Positions 48,850 through 55,209 of a DNA stretch of 55,209 bases are shown in pieces. The stretch's first letter is position 1. Each line of letters opens with the position of its first letter. The notes beneath the pieces are model-generated. The model searched no databases. It was not told the DNA's origin and was given only the letters and a program-made list of their open reading frames with translations. Source of the stretch: an uncultured Christensenellaceae bacterium (lineage in GTDB: Bacteria > Bacillota > Clostridia > Christensenellales > UBA3700); assembly GCA_944381315.1 (NCBI GenBank), contig CALWKR010000020.1, forward strand, positions 1 through 55,209, written 5' to 3'. Both the position numbers and the translations under genes were made by a program.

Positions 48850-50229
48850 TTATCTCTCCTCCAAAAGGGCTTTTGCGTTGCCGTAACAGAGCGCGTATGC
48901 GACTTGCTTTGCGGCGTCCGTGCTGCCGTCCGCGTGATCGGCGAGCCAATTGCAGACGACTTGACGATAGTAGTCGTGTCGTGTATAGGACAAGAAACTG
49001 CGGCTGTCGGTCAGCATGCCGACGAGCGAGCAGATGTGTCCGAGCTCTCCGAGCGCGTCGAGCGTCTCGGTCATGCCGCGCTTGTGGTCGCAGAACCACC
49101 AGCTTATCCCGATGTGCACTCCCCTGAACGCGCCTGCAAGCGTGATCAGCGGATAATACGCGATCGGATTGAGCGAATAGATGACGGTCTCGGGAAGAGC
49201 GTGCGCGTCGTTCATCGCGTCGAGCATGCGCCTGACGCTCTCGACGGGAACGGGATCGGCGACACAGTCAAAGCCGCTGTCCGCGCCGAGCTCGCGGAAG
49301 CCCTGCGAGTCGCAATTGCGCGCAACGGACAGGTGCATCTGCATGACCATGCCGCGCGCCGCGTATTCTTTGGCGAGCGCGAGATAGAGCGCGCCTTTGT
49401 AGGCGTCGACGTCCTCCGCGCTCGGAGTCTGTCCCGAAACGAGCTGCGCATATATGCGCGCTGCGCGCTTGTCGTCGGCGATCGCGGACGGGAAGCCCTC
49501 CACTCCGACGTCCGAGAACTTGCATCCGTGCTCGACGAACGTATCCATGCGCGCCGCGACAGCCGCCTTGAACTCGTCCCATGTGTCCACGCTCATGCCT
49601 GCCGCCGCGCCGATCGCGCGAACGTAGTCGGCATATCCCGGCTTGTCTGCTCCGACGAGCTTGTCGGTGCGGAATGACGGCACGACTTTGACGTCGAGAT
49701 CTTTGTCTTCGGCAATGAGTCTGTGCCAATGCAGATCGTCGCACGGGTCGTCAGTCGTCGCGACATAGACGACGCCCGACATCTTCATGAGCTTGCGCGG
49801 CGAGAGTTTTTCTCTCGCGATGACGTCGTTGGCTTTTTGCCAAATGACGTCCGCGTTTTGGGCGTTGAGCTCCTCCGTTATCCCGAAGAAGAAGCCCAGC
49901 TCCGACTTGACCCAATCGCGCATGGGATTTCCGAGCGCGAGTCCGGTCGCTTTGGCGAACGCGCGGAACTTGTCCTTGATGTCCGCGTCGCCGGTGATGT
50001 ATTTTTCGTCTATGCCGAAGCCGCGCATCAGTCTCCATTTGTAATGATCCGCGGCGAGCCACATTTGCCCGATGTCGTCAAACGGCTTGTCCTCAAAGAT
50101 CTCCTTGGGCGAGAGATGGCAATGATAGTCTATGATCGGCAGCGACTGCACGCCGTCATAGAGCTCTCTCGCGAGCGCGTTCTTCAAAATGTCCGCCGTC
50201 TTACCTTTGAACTCTGCCACTTCCGTCAC
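48850..50229 (-). CDS. uxaC: Uronate (glucuronate) isomerase
   Basis: PIIDYHCHL, DHYKWRLMR, TTDDP, WWFCD, GMLTDSRSFLSY.RHDYYR; GTG start. Confidence 0.93.
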   Translation of the reverse strand: MTEVAEFKGKTADILKNALARELYDGVQSLPIIDYHCHLSPKEIFEDKPFDDIGQMWLAADHYKWRLMRGFGIDEKYITGDADIKDKFRAFAKATGLALGNPMRDWVKSELGFFFGITEELNAQNADVIWQKANDVIAREKLSPRKLMKMSGVVYVATTDDPCDDLHWHRLIAEDKDLDVKVVPSFRTDKLVGADKPGYADYVRAIGAAAGMSVDTWDEFKAAVAARMDTFVEHGCKFSDVGVEGFPSAIADDKRAARIYAQLVSGQTPSAEDVDAYKGALYLALAKEYAARGMVMQMHLSVARNCDSQGFRELGADSGFDCVADPVPVESVRRMLDAMNDAHALPETVIYSLNPIAYYPLITLAGAFRGVHIGISWWFCDHKRGMTETLDALGELGHICSLVGMLTDSRSFLSYTRHDYYRQVVCNWLADHADGSTDAAKQVAYALCYGNAKALLEER

Positions 50230-51226
50230 CCTGCATGAGTTTGAGCACTTCTGCCTCGGTCACCGCGTTGAAGTCTCCCTCGATCGTATGTTTGAGGCAA
50301 GACGCCGCGACAGCGAATTCGAGCGATCTCGCCTCGTCCCAACCGTTGGACAGTCCGTGGATGAGGCCTGCTCCGAAGCTGTCTCCGCCGCCGACTCTGT
50401 CGACGATGTCGATCTCGTAGTGCTTGCTCGTCAGGACTCCGTGCCTCCCGACGAGGATCGCAGACCAACCGTTGGAGTCCGCATTGTGACTCTCGCGCAG
50501 CGTGAACGCGACAGCTTTGAGCGAAGGGAACTTGGCGAGCAGCTGCGCGCCTATCTCGGAATAGCCGTCCTTGGACAGCTTGCCCGAATCGATGGAACTG
50601 CCCTTGGCTTCGATGCCGAAGACGTCCTTGCAGTCCTCCTCGTTGCTTATCAAATATGTAACGCCGTCGAGCAGCTCCGTCATGACCTTGTTGGCTTTTT
50701 CGCGGCTCCACAGCTTTTTGCGGAAGTTGAGATCGCACGACACGTCGATGCCCTTGCTTCTCGCCTCTTTCATCAATTCGCCGATCATCTTTGCGGCGTT
50801 GTCCGAGATCGCGGGCGTGATGCCTGTCCAATGCAGCCACTTGGCGCCGTCCAGCACCTTGCGCGCGTCATAGTCGGCCTCCGAGATCTCGCTTATCGCG
50901 CTGTGCGCGCGGTCATATATGACTTGCGACGCGCGTTGCGAAAAGCCTTTTTCGCAAAAATATATGCCCATGCGCTCGCCGCCGCGGACGATCTTGTCCA
51001 CTCCGACGCCCCATCCTCGCAGCGTGTTTACGCAGGCGTCGGCAATGGGATTGTCGGGCAGCTTGGTGAAGAACGCCGCGTCGTCGCCGAATTGGGCGAG
51101 CGACACCGCCACGTTTGCCTCGCCGCCGCCGTAGACGGCTTCGTAACTGTCGGTCTGCACGATGCGCTTGTAGCCGGGCGGCTGCAACCTGAGCATGATC
51201 TCTCCTGCGGTGACTATCTTGCTCAT
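50201..51226 (-). CDS. kdgK: 2-keto-3-deoxygluconate kinase (PfkB family)
   Basis: GEIMLRL, YGGGEANVA, DLNFRKKLW, DRVGGGDSF. Confidence 0.92.
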   Translation of the reverse strand: MSKIVTAGEIMLRLQPPGYKRIVQTDSYEAVYGGGEANVAVSLAQFGDDAAFFTKLPDNPIADACVNTLRGWGVGVDKIVRGGERMGIYFCEKGFSQRASQVIYDRAHSAISEISEADYDARKVLDGAKWLHWTGITPAISDNAAKMIGELMKEARSKGIDVSCDLNFRKKLWSREKANKVMTELLDGVTYLISNEEDCKDVFGIEAKGSSIDSGKLSKDGYSEIGAQLLAKFPSLKAVAFTLRESHNADSNGWSAILVGRHGVLTSKHYEIDIVDRVGGGDSFGAGLIHGLSNGWDEARSLEFAVAASCLKHTIEGDFNAVTEAEVLKLMQGDGSGRVQR

Positions 51227-51873
51227 CTCGCGCCTCCTCTGACTCTCTCTATCTCGGCGACGAGATCGCGCGCGGTCTGCTCGACCGCCGCATAGTCGCC
51301 CGTCTTGGCGCCTTTGGTCAAAAAGCTGCCTGCTCCGACGGCGCAGGCTCCCGCCTTGAACCAGTCGGCGACATTGGACAGATCGACTCCGCCCGTCGGC
51401 ATGATGTCGAGCTGCGGCAGAGGGCCTTTGAGGGCTTTGAGTCCCTTGGGGCCTGCGACATCGCCCGGGAAGAGCTTGACGAGATCCACTCCTGCCTCGA
51501 GCGCCGCGACCGCCTCGGTCGGGGTGAAGATCCCCGGCACGACGGCAACGGCATATCTGTTGCACAGCTTGATCGTATCTGTGTTGAGCGCGGGCGAGAA
51601 CACGAATTGCGCTCCCGCGAGTATCGCTGCTCTCGCCGTTTCGGGATCGAGCACGCTGCCTGCGCCGACAATGACGTCTTGGCAGTCGTACTTGGCGCAC
51701 AGCTCGGCGATGAGCTTGTCCGCCCCGGGCACGGTGAACGTGACTTCGATCAACTTGATCCCCCCTCTCACGCAAGCGTCGACGGACGCCAACGCCTTGT
51801 CATGGCTGTCACCGCGGATGACCGCGACGACGCCGCACCGTTTGATTGCTGCCAAAACCTGCTGTCTGTTCAT
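51223..51873 (-). CDS. eda: KDPG/KHG aldolase
   Basis: VAVIRG, IEVT, VGAGSV, PG..TPTE, KLFPG, MPTGGV. Confidence 0.93.
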   Translation of the reverse strand: MNRQQVLAAIKRCGVVAVIRGDSHDKALASVDACVRGGIKLIEVTFTVPGADKLIAELCAKYDCQDVIVGAGSVLDPETARAAILAGAQFVFSPALNTDTIKLCNRYAVAVVPGIFTPTEAVAALEAGVDLVKLFPGDVAGPKGLKALKGPLPQLDIMPTGGVDLSNVADWFKAGACAVGAGSFLTKGAKTGDYAAVEQTARDLVAEIERVRGGAR

Positions 51874-51924
51874 TCTACCTTCCTTGAGGACGCGCCTTGC
51901 GCCCATCATCATTCTGTTGATATT

Positions 51925-52002
51925 ATTATAAAATAAACACACACGAATTTCAAGTATTTGATTTTCAAAATTATGGACAAAACGGTTGAGTTCTGCTATA
52001 AT
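51925..52002. promoter_or_regulatory. Back-to-back sigma-A promoters for the eda operon and araC
   Basis: Minus strand TTGAAA(51953-51948)-N17-TATAAT(51930-51925); plus strand TGGACA(51974)-N17-TATAAT(51997-52002). Confidence 0.75.
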
Positions 52003-52026
52003 CAAATCGAAAGGAGGTGCACCGTA

Positions 52027-52791
52027 ATGCCCGTGATCAACTATATCGGCAAAAATATGAAGACCTACAACGTCTCCAGCCACCAGCACGACTATTGGGA
52101 GATCATCTATTGTACGAACGGCGACGGCAAGATCGTTTTTGAAGACGAATCCGTCATCGAGTATACGCGCAACCAAATGGTCATCATCCCGCCGCACGCC
52201 GTACATTCCAACATTTCCAAGTCGGGATTCCGCAACATCTACCTCACCGTCGCCAATTGGACTCCGACGTTCAAGCGGCCCCAGATCGTCTCGGACAACC
52301 CTCAACGCGACATCTACAACGTGCTCAACCTCTGCTATCGCTACTTCAATTCCGAGACGGGCAACCAAGGCAACATCATCGTCTCGTTCACAGAGCTGAT
52401 CATCAACCTGCTCGCCGCTTTCGCCGGCACCAACAACTGCTCTCGCCACGTCGAGATCATTGCGTCCGCGATCGTCGAAAACTTCTCCGATCCCAACTTC
52501 TCCCTCGACGACGTCTATGCGAGCTTCCCTCTCAGCAAAGACTACATCCGCAGACAGTTCATCAAAGAAAAAGGCATCTCGCCGCTTCAATTCCTCAACA
52601 ACACTCGCATCGCCTTTGCCCAAAAACTGCTGCTCGGCAAGACCGTCAACAACTTCAAGATCTATGAGATCGCCGAGATGTGCGGCTTCTCCGACCAGCT
52701 CTACTTTTCGCGAGTGTTCAAAAAGATCACCGGCGTCAGCCCCAAAGAATATACGAGCATACCGAGAGCGGAGCATTACAATAGTATTTAG
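52027..52791 (+). CDS. AraC-family regulator with an N-terminal cupin domain
   Basis: HQHDYWEI cupin; IYEIAEMCGFSDQLYFSRVFKKITGVSPKEY; AAGGAGG RBS. Confidence 0.93.
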   Translation: MPVINYIGKNMKTYNVSSHQHDYWEIIYCTNGDGKIVFEDESVIEYTRNQMVIIPPHAVHSNISKSGFRNIYLTVANWTPTFKRPQIVSDNPQRDIYNVLNLCYRYFNSETGNQGNIIVSFTELIINLLAAFAGTNNCSRHVEIIASAIVENFSDPNFSLDDVYASFPLSKDYIRRQFIKEKGISPLQFLNNTRIAFAQKLLLGKTVNNFKIYEIAEMCGFSDQLYFSRVFKKITGVSPKEYTSIPRAEHYNSI

Positions 52792-52795
52792 CTTT

Positions 52796-52941
52796 AAGGG
52801 GGGCGCCACGCCGCGTATAGCGGCACACCTTTGCGCCTTACTGCAGACTTAGGTGCGGTCACGTATTTCATATACGCTTGGCCGCGCCTCTCGCTTTTGT
52901 ACGGCGCAAATCTGCACCACTCTCCGCGGCGTGGTACCCTT
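52796..52941. repeat. ~145-bp imperfect palindrome (REP/MITE-like)
   Basis: Nested stems: CCACGCCGCG/CGCGGCGTGG, TTTGCGCC/GGCGCAAA, AGGTGCGGTCA/TGGCCGCGCCT, CGTAT/ATACG. Confidence 0.75.
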
Positions 52942-53065
52942 GCGATACCGTAGTATGGTGAGCTTATCCGAGTAAGCGGTTACGCTTAGATGTATGTATG
53001 TTGCCTTTACAAGTAGTATTGGGTGAGCGATTTTGCGGCGATACTTCAACACGAAAATTAAATAA

Positions 53066-53223
53066 GCGCACGAGCGGAAACCGCGTTTTTCGCCGTGCGC
53101 ACTATGCGGAGCCGCGAGCGGTGAGCGAACGTGCTCCGTCGGAGGGGATCATTGAAGGGGAACCAAAATGCCTCCGTATATAAGCGAAGCGATTTAGGAG
53201 ATAGCATTTTGGTGCCCCTTCAA
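53066..53223. repeat. Second REP-like palindromic element
   Basis: GCGCACG...CGTGCGC (53066-53100); TTGAAGGGGAACCAAAATGC...GCATTTTGGTGCCCCTTCAA (53152-53223) with AAGCGAAGCG in the loop. Confidence 0.65.
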
Positions 53224-53228
53224 AGAGG

Positions 53229-53260
53229 AAGAGAGCTATCGCTTTCGCGACAGCTCTCTT
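53229..53260. terminator. Terminator hairpin after rpsR
   Basis: AAGAGAGCTATCGC-tttc-GCGACAGCTCTCTT. Confidence 0.7.
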
Positions 53261-53300
53261 TGATTCGAAGCGTTATTTTGGGTTGTCTCCCCAAAATATG

Positions 53301-53552
53301 TTATTCCGCCACATACGGCAGCAATCCCATATATCTCGCTCTCTTGATCGCCTGGGCGAGCAGTCTTTGGTGCTTGGCGCAAACGCCGCTCATGCGCTTG
53401 GGGATGATCTTGCCCTTTTCGGTAATGTACTTGCGCAATTTGGCGACGTCCTTGTAGTCGATGTCTTGCGCTTTGTCTACGCAGAAGTTGCAGACCTTCT
53501 TGCGCGGAACTCTCTTGATAGGTCTTTTGACCGTAGTCTTTTCTTCGCTCAT
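53301..53552 (-). CDS. rpsR: 30S ribosomal protein S18 (Cys-containing, Zn-binding type)
   Basis: [34 protein letters not shown]. Confidence 0.97.
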   Translation of the reverse strand: MSEEKTTVKRPIKRVPRKKVCNFCVDKAQDIDYKDVAKLRKYITEKGKIIPKRMSGVCAKHQRLLAQAIKRARYMGLLPYVAE

Positions 53553-53567
53553 TGTTGTTCTCCTTGA

Positions 53568-53987
53568 TTAAAACGGAAGATCTTCTTCGGAAGAATCTAT
53601 CCTTTCGAGCTTGGGCGCGGGAGCGTCTTCTTTGCGGGCGGAATAGCCGCCGGAGGGAGCTCCTTCTTCACTGTTGCGCGAGCCCAAGAACTCGACTTCG
53701 TCGGCGCTGACTTCGACCGACGTGCGTTGTTTGCCGTCCTGACCCTCGTAGTTGCGGATCTGAATGCTGCCGACGACGCACACCTTTCTGCCCTTGGTAA
53801 GGCTCTTGGCGCAGGAGTCGGCGACGCCTCTCCATGCGACGACGTTGAAGAAATCGACTTCGTTGTCGCCGCCGCGGCTGAAACGCCTGTTGACCGCAAG
53901 CCCGAACCTGCACATCGACACGCCGGACGCGGTGGTCGTATGCTCGGGGTCGCGAGTTAGGTTGCCAATCAAAATTACTCTGTTCAT
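53568..53987 (-). CDS. ssb: Single-stranded DNA-binding protein
   Basis: MNRVILIGNLTRDPE; acidic C-terminal EEDLPF. Confidence 0.97.
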   Translation of the reverse strand: MNRVILIGNLTRDPEHTTTASGVSMCRFGLAVNRRFSRGGDNEVDFFNVVAWRGVADSCAKSLTKGRKVCVVGSIQIRNYEGQDGKQRTSVEVSADEVEFLGSRNSEEGAPSGGYSARKEDAPAPKLERIDSSEEDLPF

Positions 53988-53994
53988 AGATCCC

Positions 53995-54276
53995 TCACTT
54001 CTTGATGATCATGATCCTGACGATCTCGTCCATGATGCGGCTGAGACGGTTGATCTCGGCAGGAACGGTCGCAGGAGCGGTGAACGTCATCAATACATAG
54101 TAGCCTTCGGTCTTGAAGTCGATCGTGTAGGCGTACTTGCGAGTGCCCCATTTGTCGAGAGAGACGACTTCGCCGCCGGCTTCGGTGACGACTGCGCTGA
54201 GTCTGTCGATGACAGCCTGCTTTGCGTCTTCGGACAAATCGTTGTCGATGATGTACAAAAGCTCGTACTTGTTCAT
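53995..54276 (-). CDS. rpsF: 30S ribosomal protein S6
   Basis: MNKYELLYII, WGTRKYAY.I, EGYY; AAGGAGG RBS. Confidence 0.97.
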   Translation of the reverse strand: MNKYELLYIIDNDLSEDAKQAVIDRLSAVVTEAGGEVVSLDKWGTRKYAYTIDFKTEGYYVLMTFTAPATVPAEINRLSRIMDEIVRIMIIKK

Positions 54277-54279
54277 ATA

Positions 54280-54330
54280 AACCTCCTTTTGGTCTGATGT
54301 CTCCGTCTCTGAGGGCGGAGCAAGGAGCAA
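54280..54330 (-). promoter_or_regulatory. S6:S18 ribosomal leader RNA
   Basis: CUCCUUG...CCC...GAC-CAAAAGGAGG: anti-SD pairing with the SD and an unpaired CCC; TTTACA-N17-TATATT promoter upstream. Confidence 0.7.
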
Positions 54331-54413
54331 ATCTTTCGATTCGCCTAACTAATATAGCACAACTTTTGGCGCTTGTAAAGCGTTTTGGGGCACGAAATGC
54401 CCTTTTCGCGCGC

Positions 54414-55208
54414 CTATCCTATCGTGTGCGCGGCGAGCCACTCGGCATACTTGCCCCACGCGCTCGCGCTCGTGTTGGTCATGTCGCCCGCTCCTGCGAA
54501 CGCGAACATCCTGAGCACTGCGATGAGCTTGCGGAAGTTGTCGGTCACGAGATCGCCGTCGCCGTTGATTGCGACAAGAGCTGTGTTGAACACATAGTCG
54601 TTGACGACAGCCGTGATCTCGGCGTTGTCGCTCCAAACGATCTTGGCGCTCGCCTCGTCTGCCTCGGCGACTTTTGCGCCGTCCTTGAAGGCGACGTCTT
54701 GGACGAAGCCGTTGTTGCTCGCGGAGCCGCTGCCGATGACTGCGCCGCCTATCTGCGCCGTAGCCGCGCCGTATGCGCGCAGCGTCGCGACGGTCGCGTT
54801 GTCTGTCGCCGACGCCGCTCCGTCCGCGCCGATCGCTATGCCGACTGCCGCAGAGCTGCCGCTCGCCGACGCCCAAACTTGGCCGTTGATCACGCTGACG
54901 CAGCCGTCGATCGCACCGTAGTTGTTGACTGCGACGCCGCCGAATTTGGCGCTTGTCGCGTCGGATGTGCCGCTCGCGATCGTGCCCTCGACTGTGCAAT
55001 CTTGGATCGTACCGTGGTTGTCGATCGCGACGCCTGCCGCCGCCGCATTGTCGCCGTAGGCGTCGAACACGGAGTCGACGATCTTGACATTGACGATCGT
55101 ACCGCCGTTGCTCTCGATCAATGCGGACTTGGCTCCGTCGCCGACGTTGAACTCGAAGATCTCCGCAAGCGTGAAGCCTGCGCCGTCAAGTGTGCCCGTG
55201 AAGTCGAG
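54414..55208 (-). CDS. 3' part of a large surface protein with GLUG/beta-helix-like repeats (5' end outside the window)
   Basis: Frame open to the window edge; FTGTLDGAGFTL, GGVAVNNYGAI and N.GTI.DCTVEGTI motifs. Confidence 0.75.
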   Translation of the reverse strand, partial: LDFTGTLDGAGFTLAEIFEFNVGDGAKSALIESNGGTIVNVKIVDSVFDAYGDNAAAAGVAIDNHGTIQDCTVEGTIASGTSDATSAKFGGVAVNNYGAIDGCVSVINGQVWASASGSSAAVGIAIGADGAASATDNATVATLRAYGAATAQIGGAVIGSGSASNNGFVQDVAFKDGAKVAEADEASAKIVWSDNAEITAVVNDYVFNTALVAINGDGDLVTDNFRKLIAVLRMFAFAGAGDMTNTSASAWGKYAEWLAAHTIG

Positions 55209-55209
55209 C

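Noticed and set aside
46879-49677. 932-aa plus-strand ORF and similar long antisense ORFs (e.g. 34170-36614, 36605-38707, 39768-41783, 13738-15618, 17605-19512)
   Set aside because: Shadows of well-supported minus-strand genes, with Arg/Val/Ala-rich non-protein-like composition.
51874-52809. N-terminal extension of eda (528-aa ORF)
   Set aside because: It overlaps araC antisense; the real start at 51873 has its own SD and promoter.

Overview
A GC-rich Clostridia-type chromosomal segment (taxonomy inferred from gene content, lipoprotein-rich surface genes and sigma-A promoters), with almost all genes on the minus strand. Positions 1-~1650 are an AT-rich island edge at a tRNA-Thr(GGT) integration site. 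It holds two 3'-tRNA duplications, TAGCAAA arm-type repeats on both sides, a 33-bp-periodic repeat and gene remnants. Next come a four-gene surface operon (1456-aa lipoprotein, ABC ATPase, permease, 1012-aa Ig-like protein) downstream of a WYL regulator; a GH35 beta-galactosidase; rarA with a second ABC pair; a lipoprotein; PHP and permease genes; a GH18 lipoprotein; a 6S-like RNA; and nadD-yqeK/rsfS/pdp/deoC. These are followed by a GH95 lipoprotein, copA-aroF, a 13-gene hexuronate operon with a divergent AraC gene, REP-like palindromes and rpsF-ssb-rpsR. Best novelty candidates: (1) the hexuronate operon, which lacks a canonical beta-glucuronidase but carries three Gfo/Idh/MocA oxidoreductases, a TIM-barrel isomerase, a GDPD, an (alpha/alpha)6 glycosidase and an orphan lipoprotein; (2) the WYL gene and surface/ABC operon linked by a shared YGTACCRAAA motif; (3) the layered att-site architecture. 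All product calls come from motif recognition, not database searches.
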